Assembly (NCBI GenBank): GCA_963713825.1
Contig: CAVQNG010000025.1
Location: 192,001-256,000 of the forward strand
Source: an uncultured Acidobacteriota bacterium
GTDB taxonomy: Bacteria; Acidobacteriota; Thermoanaerobaculia; Multivoradales; JAHEKO01
DNA length: 64,000 nucleotides
Direction: 5' to 3'
Shown here: positions 49,182 to 57,998 of the stretch, in pieces
Layout of the letters: each line of letters starts with the position of its first letter
Numbering within the stretch: position 1 is the stretch's first letter
Notes under the pieces: generated by a model
What the model was told of the DNA's origin: nothing
Databases searched by the model: none
What the model saw: only the letters and a program-made list of their open reading frames with translations
Made by a program: the position numbers and the translations under genes

Positions 49182-49595
49182 GTGTCTGAGTTAGCCAGGA
49201 TCGAAACGGTCGTCTTCCTGCAGAGCGTCGACGTCTTTTCCTATTGCAAGGCGGAGGAAGTGCTCAGGATTGCCGCTATTGCTCAAGAGAGGGCGGTGGC
49301 CGCAGGCGAGAAGATCTACAGCGCGAACGAGCCAGCCGAGGCAATGTTCTGCGTGGTTCGGGGCATGGTCAAGGTCGAGCCCGGCAACGGCGAGACCAAG
49401 ACAGTCGGCCCTCTGGCGACGTTCGGGGGGGTCGACATTCTTCGCAGTCGACTGCGGACGGCGAGCGCGACAGCCGAAACCGATGTCCTGCTGTTGGCCA
49501 TCGAGAGCGACGATCTGTTCGACCTGCTGTCGAACAACATCGAGATCGTCAAGGCTCTCTTCCGTCATCTCATCGAGCGGTTTCAGTACGAGTAG
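49182..49595 (+). CDS. Stand-alone cyclic nucleotide-binding (Crp-like) domain protein
   Basis: FLQSVDVFS, AGEKIYSANEPAEAMFCVVRGMV, FGGVDIL...RTASATAETD. Confidence 0.82.
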   Translation: MSELARIETVVFLQSVDVFSYCKAEEVLRIAAIAQERAVAAGEKIYSANEPAEAMFCVVRGMVKVEPGNGETKTVGPLATFGGVDILRSRLRTASATAETDVLLLAIESDDLFDLLSNNIEIVKALFRHLIERFQYE

Positions 49596-49617
49596 TTCGA
49601 AGTGCAAGGAGGCCTGA

Positions 49618-50556
49618 ATGTTCGTATCGAGTAGAAGAACGGGGCGAGGGTTGTGGATGTCTGGTTGCAAAGCCCTGTTGGTATTTGCTTGTCTGGCCTC
49701 TTGGAGTGGCCATGCATTGGAGGCTGCAGACGCGAAGACGCCTGACCGCGTTTTTCATGGTCCTGATGGCACGCCTCTGCCTTTCCAGACGGTCTCCGAG
49801 GTCGAAGAGTTCCTGCGCACGGCGAGGGTTATCAACGTCGAAGCGATTCCCGAGGGAGTCACCAAGCCGAAGAAGATTCTCCTGGAAGCGAGCGGTGTCC
49901 AGGCGCATGCGAAGTTCGGTTACAACGATTTCAAGGGCCAGGGGGAGAAGCTCGCCGACGGCACCACGGAGATGTACTTCCAAGACAGCTACAAGGCGGA
50001 CATAGCAGCCTTCGTCCTCAGTCGGCTGTTGGGCATGGAGATGGTACCGCCAGCGGTTACCCGACAGGTGGAGGGCCAGGACGGCATCGTTCAGATTTGG
50101 ATCGAGGGGCTGACCAGCTACGAGAGCTGGCTAGAGGACGGCAATTCCGGCCAGCCAGCCTCACTGTACTTCCAGAGACAGGTCAAGGACATGAAGACGT
50201 TCGACCTGCTGATTCGGAATATCGACCGCCATAGTCGCAACATCAACTGGGACAGCGACTGGAATCTCTGGCTCATCGACCACACGCGCAGCCTGGCGAA
50301 GGACGCCACCCTGCGCAAGCCTGATTCCTTCAAGGGCTGCTCCAGGGAGCTCTTTCGGGCGATTCGAGACCTGAACAAGAGCACAGTGGAGACGGCTCTC
50401 AAGCCCTATCTGGGTAACTTCGAGATCAAGGCCCTCCTCAAGCGACGGGACAAGCTCGTCAAGTTGGTCGAAGGCCAGATCAAGAAGCAGGGTGAAGACA
50501 CAATCCTGTTCAACTACGGCGATGCTCCTCCAGGCCTAGTTATCAGCTACGACTAG
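49618..50556 (+). CDS. Secreted atypical kinase, PI4K-II/Fam20-like fold (paralog C)
   Basis: AAGGAGG RBS; signal peptide ending ALEA; DSYKADIAAFVLSRLLGMEMVPP, GIVQIWIE, FDLLIRNIDRHSRNI, WLIDHTRSL. Confidence 0.75.
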   Translation: MFVSSRRTGRGLWMSGCKALLVFACLASWSGHALEAADAKTPDRVFHGPDGTPLPFQTVSEVEEFLRTARVINVEAIPEGVTKPKKILLEASGVQAHAKFGYNDFKGQGEKLADGTTEMYFQDSYKADIAAFVLSRLLGMEMVPPAVTRQVEGQDGIVQIWIEGLTSYESWLEDGNSGQPASLYFQRQVKDMKTFDLLIRNIDRHSRNINWDSDWNLWLIDHTRSLAKDATLRKPDSFKGCSRELFRAIRDLNKSTVETALKPYLGNFEIKALLKRRDKLVKLVEGQIKKQGEDTILFNYGDAPPGLVISYD

Positions 50557-50666
50557 AGTGCCCGGCTGCAATCGGTCGGCAGCGAAGCCGGCGGCGTTGG
50601 ATCTTGCGCTCCGCCGGCTCGGACCACTCATGGGCTGGGTGGGCCTGAAAAACCCAGGAGAGAAGT

Positions 50667-51686
50667 TTGCGTAGTATGGGAATGGACACCTGCCAGACAG
50701 GGCTTCCCTTGGGGAAGCCGAAGGCTTCCGAGCCTCAGAGTGGTGGAGCTGGTGCCGCCAGCGCTCCCAAGTTGCTGCAGAGAAGCGTCGGCCTTGGATG
50801 TCTGATCGTTTCCCTGTTGTTGTTCGAGCCTCCGGAGGCATCCGCACAGCCGGGTCCTTCTGGAACGTTCGACACCCGAACCTGGCTGGGCCCTGATGGG
50901 AAGACTCTCCCGATTACCGCCGAGAACGAGCTCCTGCGGTTTCTCGACAGCGCTTCGGAGACCTCCGTCAAGATCCTCTCGCGAGGCATCACTGGGGCCA
51001 AGAGACTGACGCTGGAGCAGGGAGGGGTCGAGGCTCGAGTCGTCTTCCATGACATCAACCGGTCCGAGCAGAGGCCGAAACGGCTGCCGAACAAACGGAC
51101 CGTGATGTATCTGCGCGACAGCTACAAGAGTCAGATCGCCGCCTATCGACTCAGCAGGCTGCTGGGTATGAAGAACGTGCCGCCGACCGTGGTGCGGGTC
51201 TCGGGAGCGGCGACGGGCTCGGCTCAGCTTTGGATCGAAGATGCGATGACCGAGGACATCCGACTGGAAAAGGGCGTCGAGCTGCGGGACCATAACCTGC
51301 GGAATCAGAACCTGGTCGACATGCGGGTCTTCGACAACCTCATCAACAACATCGACCGTAACCAGGGCAACATGTTGGTGGATTCCTTCGGTACCCTTTG
51401 GTTGATCGACCACACCCGATCGTTCGGGCAGGACAACGGACTGCCGCTGCCCGAGATGATCACGCGGTGCTCGAATCGGATGCTGCAGGCCATTCGTTCG
51501 CTGGACGAGCGGACCTTGCGAGAGGACCTCGGGCCCTACCTCACCGGAGTCGAGATCGGGGCGCTGTGGCAGCGCCGAGAGAGGGTGTTGGAGCGCATCG
51601 AGGAGCTCATCGGCGGCAAGGGCAGGGACCAGGTTCTTTTCGACTACGGCGATCCCGATCCTGGTGTCATCATTCTGGAACAGTGA
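50667..51686 (+). CDS. Secreted or membrane-anchored atypical kinase, PI4K-II/Fam20-like fold (paralog D)
   Basis: Hydrophobic VGLGCLIVSLLLF...ASA segment; DSYKSQIAAYRLSRLLGMKNVPP, GSAQLWIE, FDNLINNIDRNQGNML, WLIDHTRSF; start uncertain. Confidence 0.75.
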   Translation: MRSMGMDTCQTGLPLGKPKASEPQSGGAGAASAPKLLQRSVGLGCLIVSLLLFEPPEASAQPGPSGTFDTRTWLGPDGKTLPITAENELLRFLDSASETSVKILSRGITGAKRLTLEQGGVEARVVFHDINRSEQRPKRLPNKRTVMYLRDSYKSQIAAYRLSRLLGMKNVPPTVVRVSGAATGSAQLWIEDAMTEDIRLEKGVELRDHNLRNQNLVDMRVFDNLINNIDRNQGNMLVDSFGTLWLIDHTRSFGQDNGLPLPEMITRCSNRMLQAIRSLDERTLREDLGPYLTGVEIGALWQRRERVLERIEELIGGKGRDQVLFDYGDPDPGVIILEQ

Positions 51687-51780
51687 ACGGGCTGCGGCTT
51701 GGTGGTGACGAAGCTGGTGTCGTAGGAGGCGACGACCGGGCTCGCCAAATCCCGGGGCCGGCGAGGGTAGACTAGCCCGA

Positions 51781-53589
51781 ATGACGCAGACCGCCTTCCC
51801 CGATCTGAGAGCCTTCCTCGAGCACCTGAAGCGAGATGGAGATCTCGCCGTAGTAGAGGCTCCCGTCGATCCTCTTCTCGAAGTGGCAGAGATCCACCGC
51901 AGGGTGATTGCCGCTGATGGTCCAGCCCTACTGTTCACCAACCCCGTAGACTCGGCCTATCCGCTGGCGACGAATCTCTTCGGATCCACCCGCCGAGTGG
52001 AAGCCGCTTTCGGGCGCCAGCCGTTTCGCCTCATCGAGCGTCTCGTTGCGCTCTCCCAGGAGCTGTTGCCGCCGACGCTGTCAGGCCTCTGGGGTGCGAA
52101 GGACGTGGCTTGGGAAGCGCTGCGAATCGGTACCAAGAGAACCGGCCAGGGACCCGTCATGCAAAGGGTGATCCGAGACCCGGATCTGACCCGATTGCCG
52201 GTGATCACGTCCTGGCCCGATGATGGAGGGCCCTTTGTGACCCTGCCATTGGTGTTTACCGAGCACCCAGACGGTGCCGGTCACAATCTGGGGATGTACC
52301 GGATGCAGGTCCACGACCGGCGCTCGACCGGGATGCACTGGCAGATTGGCAAAGGGGGCGGCTTCCACTATTCAGTAGCCGAGGCTCTCCAGCAGCCTCT
52401 CCCGGCAACGGTCTACCTCGGAGGACCACCGGCCTTGATTCTCGCCGCGGTGGCACCGCTGCCAGAGAACGTTCCCGAGCTCATGCTGGCCTCGCTGATC
52501 GCCGGAGAGAAATTGCGCGTTTGTGCGGCACCCGAGGGGGGCAGCCTGCTGGCTGATTGTGAGTTCGCCCTGAGGGGTAGGGTGCCTGCCGACCTGCGCC
52601 GCACAGAGGGCCCGTTCGGTGACCACTATGGTTACTATTCTCTCGCCCACGACTACCCGGTATTCGAAGTCGATTGGATCGCTTGTCGTAAGGATGCGAT
52701 CTATCCCGCGACGGTGGTGGGCAAGCCCCGGCAGGAGGATTTCTTCATCGGGGATCTACTGCAGGAGTTGCTGGCGCCCCTGTTTCCCTTGGTGATGCCG
52801 GGAGTGATCGATCTCTGGTCCTATGGAGAGACCGGCTACCACTCGTTGGCAGCAGCCGTCGTCAAAGAGCGCTACAAGCGTGAGGCCATGGCCAGCGCAT
52901 TTCGGATCCTGGGGGAGAGCCAGCTCTCACTCACGAAGTTTCTGCTGATCACCGACCAGAGAGTGGATCTGAAGGATTTCAAGGCTACTCTCGAGCACGT
53001 CCTGGAGCGCACACGACCCGAGACCGATCTCTTTGTTCTCAGCAATCTCTCGATGGACACGCTGGATTACTCCGGGCCCCGGGTCAACGAAGGCTCGAAG
53101 GGAGTCTTGCTGGGGCTGGGAGAGCCGGTGCGACAACTGCCAGGGGAGTTTCAGGCCGACGTCTTGCCGTCCGGAGTGACCGATGTCCAGGTCTTCTGTC
53201 TGGGCTGTCTGGTCGTCGGCGGTCCTCCGCATGCCGACGAGCCCAAGGCGGGTCAGCGTCTGGCGGCCGAGTCGGTGTTTCGCGATTGGCCCTTGCTCGT
53301 CTTGACGGACGAGCCGTCCCGAGCGGCTGCCAGTGCGATGAACTTCCTGTGGACGACGTTTACCCGTTTCGAGCCGGCCGCCGATATCCATGCCGCCGCC
53401 AGCCGGGTGGAGCGAAACCACGTAACCTACGACCCGCCCATCCTGATCGATGCCCGGCGCAAGGCGGGTTTTCCTGAGGAGCTCTTCTGTTCGCCCGAGA
53501 TCGCCGACAGGGTGACTCGGAGATGGCAGGAGTACTTTCCGCAGGGCAGTATCGAGATGGGTGACTCCGACCGCGGCCACCTGGACTAG
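51781..53589 (+). CDS. ubiD: UbiD-family prFMN-dependent decarboxylase (long form, MqnL-like)
   Basis: GPALLF.N, NLGMYRMQ, GMHWQIGKGG, EGPFGDHYGYY, TVVGKPRQED, DTLDY. Confidence 0.88.
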   Translation: MTQTAFPDLRAFLEHLKRDGDLAVVEAPVDPLLEVAEIHRRVIAADGPALLFTNPVDSAYPLATNLFGSTRRVEAAFGRQPFRLIERLVALSQELLPPTLSGLWGAKDVAWEALRIGTKRTGQGPVMQRVIRDPDLTRLPVITSWPDDGGPFVTLPLVFTEHPDGAGHNLGMYRMQVHDRRSTGMHWQIGKGGGFHYSVAEALQQPLPATVYLGGPPALILAAVAPLPENVPELMLASLIAGEKLRVCAAPEGGSLLADCEFALRGRVPADLRRTEGPFGDHYGYYSLAHDYPVFEVDWIACRKDAIYPATVVGKPRQEDFFIGDLLQELLAPLFPLVMPGVIDLWSYGETGYHSLAAAVVKERYKREAMASAFRILGESQLSLTKFLLITDQRVDLKDFKATLEHVLERTRPETDLFVLSNLSMDTLDYSGPRVNEGSKGVLLGLGEPVRQLPGEFQADVLPSGVTDVQVFCLGCLVVGGPPHADEPKAGQRLAAESVFRDWPLLVLTDEPSRAAASAMNFLWTTFTRFEPAADIHAAASRVERNHVTYDPPILIDARRKAGFPEELFCSPEIADRVTRRWQEYFPQGSIEMGDSDRGHLD

Positions 53590-53605
53590 AGGAATCGGAG
53601 GCGAA

Positions 53606-54382
53606 ATGAACTTGGAGCTCGAGGGGAAGGTAGCACTGGTTACGGGTAGCAGTCGGGGCCTGGGTAGAGCCATGGCGCTGAGATTGGCGGCGGAGGGCTG
53701 CGCTCTCGCTCTCTGTGCGCGAGGTGAGAAGGCTCTAGTCGAGGTGGCAGGGGAAGTGCGGGAGATGGGTCGTCCGGTCTACTACCAGCCCTTCGATGTG
53801 ACGGCTGCCGAGAACGTCGATGCTTTCGTCGATCAGGCCGCCAAGGAGCTCGGCGGCCTCGACATCCTGGTCAACAACGTCGGCGGAAATAGGCGGGTGG
53901 CTTTCGCCGATTCCAAGGATCGAGATTGGCAGGAGATTCTCGATGTCAACTTCCATTCCCACGTGAGATTCAGCCGGGCGGCCATACCGCTGATGAGGCA
54001 GCGGTCGTCTGGAGTCATCCTGTTCATCTCCTCGATCTTCGGTCGAGAGGCCGGTGGACCCGGGCTGTCGATTTACAACACCAGCAAATCGGCCCTCATC
54101 AGCTTGGCCAAGATCATGGCGCTAGAGCTCGCCCCGGAGGGCATCAGGGTCAATAGCATCGCCCCGGGCTCGATCCGCTTTCCGGGGGGTAGCTGGGACC
54201 GCCGATGCCAGGAGGATCCGGAGGGCATGGCGAGCTTCATTCGCGACAATCTCCCTTTGGGTCGGTTCGGCACGGCCGAGGAGCTGGCCGATGTGGTGGC
54301 GTTTCTCGCCTCCCCGCGGGCGAGCCTCATCACCGGCGCCTGCCTCAACGCCGATGGTGGTCAGTCGCACTCGCTGATCTAG
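53606..54382 (+). CDS. SDR-family oxidoreductase (FabG-like)
   Basis: TGSSRGLG, DILVNNVG, ISS, YNTSK, VNSIAPG, ADGG. Confidence 0.92.
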   Translation: MNLELEGKVALVTGSSRGLGRAMALRLAAEGCALALCARGEKALVEVAGEVREMGRPVYYQPFDVTAAENVDAFVDQAAKELGGLDILVNNVGGNRRVAFADSKDRDWQEILDVNFHSHVRFSRAAIPLMRQRSSGVILFISSIFGREAGGPGLSIYNTSKSALISLAKIMALELAPEGIRVNSIAPGSIRFPGGSWDRRCQEDPEGMASFIRDNLPLGRFGTAEELADVVAFLASPRASLITGACLNADGGQSHSLI

Positions 54383-55443
54383 CTGAAGTTGATCAGGTCG
54401 ATGTTGAGCGTGCGAGACAGGCTCGCCGCCGGTCCCCATTGCACCAGAACTGGGCTCTGGTAGGTACCCTGGACGATCGACGGTCCGTCGCCGGTATCGC
54501 TCACCAGGAGACTTACCGAGCGCTTCATACGAAGAAACTTCTGGGCCGGGCCCGCCATGAATCGGGCGATCAGGTGCTCGAAGCGCGACTCGCTGATGCC
54601 GGTGGCATCCAAGACTTCGTTGAGGACTCTGACCAGGTCGTAGGTCGCGTAGTCTCGGGTCTTGCTGAGGACCTTGCGGGGGTCTTTGACGAGGCTGCGC
54701 CCCTGTCGCGCCATGAAGCGCATGGGGTCTCTGAGCACCTCGGCAAGATCGTGCCGCATGAGGAGCGTCTCGTACTCATTGACGGTCAGACCGCTGAGGG
54801 CCTCGTTGGCACCGAGGGAGATGTCGATGCGACCCTTTTCGATGCCATGATTCCGAACCATCTGGCCGATGCACTCGAAGAATCCGATGCTCGGGTCACG
54901 GAGATTCACCGAGTCGATGGGATGTCTGGAAACTGGCACCGCAAACTGGAGGCTGTCGATCGTCTCCTCGCAGTTGTAGGCCAAAGCGGTGGTGCGGCGC
55001 TGGCGCACACCGTGCTCGTGAACCCCGTCCAGGTCGATGAAATGAGCCGCGGTATGGGGGCTGTTGGTGTATGTGACACAGCTTTTGAGTCCCGAGCTGA
55101 TGAAAGCCAGATGAGAATCGGCGTTCTTTGGCTCGGTTTGGCGCTGCTCGTCGCTCAGCTCATTTCTTAGATGCAGCTTGTCGTGCTCGTAGTTGGCGTT
55201 CGGAGGGAAGATCTGTTGGAAGAGATGGAGAATCGACCCCAGCCGGTCTCGGCTGTAGCCGAGTCGGGAACAGAGGCTCTGATCGAGATAGCCCGCAGTG
55301 GTGTGGTGGGAGCAGTAGAGAGTCCTGCGATACTTGGCGAAGACATCTCCGAGCTCTTCGCGAATCCGCTGACTGACATCGATGACATCGAGCCGATCAG
55401 TAGGCTCCAGCACCAAGGTGATCTCGGACGGCGAAATACCCAT
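54379..55443 (-). CDS. YjbQ/UPF0047-family protein, apparently two tandem domains
   Basis: IDVS...LYCSHHTTAG...YEHD...NADSHL in the N-terminal half; GLTVNEYE...RHDL and QGTYQ in the C-terminal half. Confidence 0.65.
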   Translation of the reverse strand: MGISPSEITLVLEPTDRLDVIDVSQRIREELGDVFAKYRRTLYCSHHTTAGYLDQSLCSRLGYSRDRLGSILHLFQQIFPPNANYEHDKLHLRNELSDEQRQTEPKNADSHLAFISSGLKSCVTYTNSPHTAAHFIDLDGVHEHGVRQRRTTALAYNCEETIDSLQFAVPVSRHPIDSVNLRDPSIGFFECIGQMVRNHGIEKGRIDISLGANEALSGLTVNEYETLLMRHDLAEVLRDPMRFMARQGRSLVKDPRKVLSKTRDYATYDLVRVLNEVLDATGISESRFEHLIARFMAGPAQKFLRMKRSVSLLVSDTGDGPSIVQGTYQSPVLVQWGPAASLSRTLNIDLINFS

Positions 55444-55619
55444 AAGATTCTCCTCGTGGGATCTGAAGCGCGAATTCTATACGTTCGAAAGGGAATCACA
55501 AGGATGGAGCTCGCCACTACCGTCGCATCGAGTCGATCCGGTGTTGGTCGCAAGGGCTGTCGTAGCGGCGTGAATCCTTTTGCCGACAGGTTTCGCGAAC
55601 CATTCTTCGAGAGGACCGA

Positions 55620-56222
55620 ATGAGAGGCGTCGAGCAGATTCCTTGGGCTTACGACGCGTACATGGCGTTGATGGAGGCGGCTGGGTTCCGACACTGGCGC
55701 CACTGGGTGGTCAGGGGGGCCTCGGGTCGGACACTCGATTTGGGATGTGGCACTGGAAGGAATCTGGAGTTGTTCGCGGAGCAGGCGGAGGTGGCGGGAC
55801 TCGAGTTGGATTTGCGAATGGCTCAGAGGGCGAGGCGGAGGGCTCCTGGTCGTCCCTTGGTGGTCGCCAGCGCTGAGAACCTTCCCTTCAGGCCTGGTGC
55901 CTTTGAGACGGTGGTCAGTAGTCTCGTGTTCTGCTCGGTTAGGGAGCCTGACCTGGGCCTGTTGGAAGTGCGTCGAGTCTTGGATGCCGACGGCAAGCTC
56001 CGCATGTTGGAGCATGTTCGCTCGGCGTGGGCCCCGATGGCGAGGCTGCAGGATCTGTTGCAGCCTCTATGGACCCGCGTCTCGGGTGGTTGCCACCCCA
56101 ATCGTGACACCGAGCTCGCGGTCGAGCGGGCCGGCTTCACCATCGATCGCTCGAGTCGGCGAGCCCGCGGCACGATGCGCTGCTTCATCGCCCGACCTGC
56201 GGTGGCTGCTCAGACTCGATAG
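55620..56222 (+). CDS. Class I SAM-dependent methyltransferase
   Basis: TLDLGCGTGRN, SAENLPF, SSLVFCSV, LEHVRS, GGCHPNRD. Confidence 0.88.
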   Translation: MRGVEQIPWAYDAYMALMEAAGFRHWRHWVVRGASGRTLDLGCGTGRNLELFAEQAEVAGLELDLRMAQRARRRAPGRPLVVASAENLPFRPGAFETVVSSLVFCSVREPDLGLLEVRRVLDADGKLRMLEHVRSAWAPMARLQDLLQPLWTRVSGGCHPNRDTELAVERAGFTIDRSSRRARGTMRCFIARPAVAAQTR

Positions 56223-56496
56223 CGATTCCCGCCACGAAGATCGGCGTCACTTCACCGTCTCGCCGACTCCGTGTCCGGGCCAACCGACTCCAACGGACCG
56301 ATCCGGTGACTCGGAAGCTCATCCAGGGTCGACCCAATCGGAAGGTATAGCGCGCCCCGACACGAAGACTGCTAGTGGTCTCGATCGCCATTCCACCGGG
56401 GCTGAAATTCAGCAGCTCGCCACTGACGGCTCGGTTGTGGATGTGGACTCCCTGAATGACGCGGCGGGGATGACCTCTGCGCTCTTGGATCGACAT
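56185..56496 (-). CDS. PilZ domain protein (c-di-GMP receptor)
   Basis: ERRGHPR (RxxxR) and LNFSPGG (D/NxSxxG), followed by G.VRW and GIAI strands; AAGGAG RBS. Confidence 0.75.
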   Translation of the reverse strand: MSIQERRGHPRRVIQGVHIHNRAVSGELLNFSPGGMAIETTSSLRVGARYTFRLGRPWMSFRVTGSVRWSRLARTRSRRDGEVTPIFVAGIAIESEQPPQVGR

Positions 56497-56666
56497 CGTG
56501 GACTCCTTTGCAGTGATGGTGTGGCGGAAGGGGTGGGGCAGGCCCTTGCGTACCAAGCGATTCTGCCGCTCTATGTGACCTTGACGTGAAAGGCCCCTCC
56601 GACCTTGCGCGCCGCGAGGCCCCGTCGGTCAGGAACTTGTTGGGCGGGGAGATGCAACCGACCCGA

Positions 56667-56675
56667 TGCTAGAAT
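56667..56675 (+). promoter_or_regulatory. Extended -10 element upstream of ispG
   Basis: TGCTAGAAT (TGn-TAGAAT) about 38 nt before the GTG start. Confidence 0.35.
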
Positions 56676-56712
56676 CGCGCGGCTCATAGCGACGCACGAG
56701 GAGAGAGCCTTG

Positions 56713-57951
56713 GTGAATCGACATCGAACAATAGGTGTCAGCGTTGGATCGATTCAGGTGGGGGCAGGTGCCCCGATCGTTGTCCAGTCGATGACCAACA
56801 CAGACACGGCCGATAGCGACTCGACTTTCCAGCAGTGTCTGGAGTTGGCCGAGGCCGGCTCCGAGTTGGTCCGGATCACGGTCAACACAGCGCAGGCCGC
56901 CGCCGCGGTGCCCGAAATCAGGCGCCGTCTGGACGATGCAGGTTGCGCCGTGCCGTTGATCGGAGACTTCCACTACAACGGCCATGTGCTGTTGACTGAA
57001 TTCCCCGAGTGCGCGGCTGCCCTCGACAAGTTTCGGATCAACCCTGGCAACGTCGGGCACGGCGAGCGCCGGGACGACAACTTCGCCACGATCTGCCACC
57101 TTGCCGCAGAGCTCGACACACCCGTTCGGATCGGAGTGAACGGTGGTTCTCTGAACCAGGAGTTGGTGATGGAGAGCATGCAGAAGAACACCGATCTGGG
57201 ATTGGGGAAGAGCTCGGAGGAGATCCTCAACGACTGCATGATTCTCTCGGCGGTTCAGTCGACTGAGATGGCCCTGGATTGCGGCCTGCGCCGGGATCAG
57301 ATCATCCTCTCCTGCAAGGTTTCGAGGCCCCGGGATCTCATCGCCGTCTATCGCCGCTTGGCCTCAGAAACCGAGCAGCCCCTTCATCTTGGATTGACGG
57401 AGGCCGGCATGGGCATGAAGGGTGTCGTCTGGTCGGCGTCGGCTATGGCGGTGCTGCTCGAGGAGGGCATCGGCGACACGATCCGCATATCCCTGACTCC
57501 AAGACCGGGGGCGGATCGGCGAGAAGAGGTGTACGCCTGCTTGGAGCTCCTTCAGGCTCTCGATCTGCGTCGCTTTGCTCCCAGCATCACCGCCTGCCCG
57601 GGTTGTGGGCGCACGACTTCCACGACCTTCCAGGAGCTGGCCCAGAGAGTGCAGGAGTACGTTCGCGAGAGCATGCCCCAGTGGAAGGAACGCTTCGAAG
57701 GTGTCGAAACCATGACCGTTGCTGTCATGGGCTGCGTGGTCAACGGGCCGGGTGAGTCGAAAGCAGCTAACATTGGCATCAGCTTGCCAGGCACCGGAGA
57801 AGCTCCGCACTGTCCCGTCTACGTCGATGGTCGCCAGTTGACCAGTCTCCAGGGCAACTACTCCGAGCTTTCGGAGGCCTTCCGCCAGATCATCGAAGAC
57901 TATGTTGCAACCAGCTATTCACCCATCGAGCCAGCACGGACCGGGAGCTGA
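56713..57951 (+). CDS. ispG: (E)-4-hydroxy-3-methylbut-2-enyl diphosphate synthase (MEP pathway)
   Basis: VQSMTNT, GDFHYNGH, RINPGN, RIGVNGGSL, LHLGLTEAG, GIGDTIRISLT, ACPGCGRT, VAVMGCVVNGPGES. Confidence 0.96.
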   Translation: MNRHRTIGVSVGSIQVGAGAPIVVQSMTNTDTADSDSTFQQCLELAEAGSELVRITVNTAQAAAAVPEIRRRLDDAGCAVPLIGDFHYNGHVLLTEFPECAAALDKFRINPGNVGHGERRDDNFATICHLAAELDTPVRIGVNGGSLNQELVMESMQKNTDLGLGKSSEEILNDCMILSAVQSTEMALDCGLRRDQIILSCKVSRPRDLIAVYRRLASETEQPLHLGLTEAGMGMKGVVWSASAMAVLLEEGIGDTIRISLTPRPGADRREEVYACLELLQALDLRRFAPSITACPGCGRTTSTTFQELAQRVQEYVRESMPQWKERFEGVETMTVAVMGCVVNGPGESKAANIGISLPGTGEAPHCPVYVDGRQLTSLQGNYSELSEAFRQIIEDYVATSYSPIEPARTGS

Positions 57952-57998
57952 AGGCTTACCCTCGCCTGGATCAGCTCTGCGACCGTTTGGAGGTAGAA

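Noticed and set aside
42405-51686. Atypical kinases as HipA-type toxins
   Set aside because: They have N-terminal export signals, no adjacent HTH antitoxin, and motifs closer to PI4K-II/Fam20.
51781-53589. UbiD as the anhydromevalonate-phosphate decarboxylase of the archaeal MVA pathway
   Set aside because: It is about 26 kb from the MVA genes, no aconitase X-type phosphomevalonate dehydratase is in the window, an MvaD-family enzyme already fills the step, and the long form resembles quinone-pathway decarboxylases.
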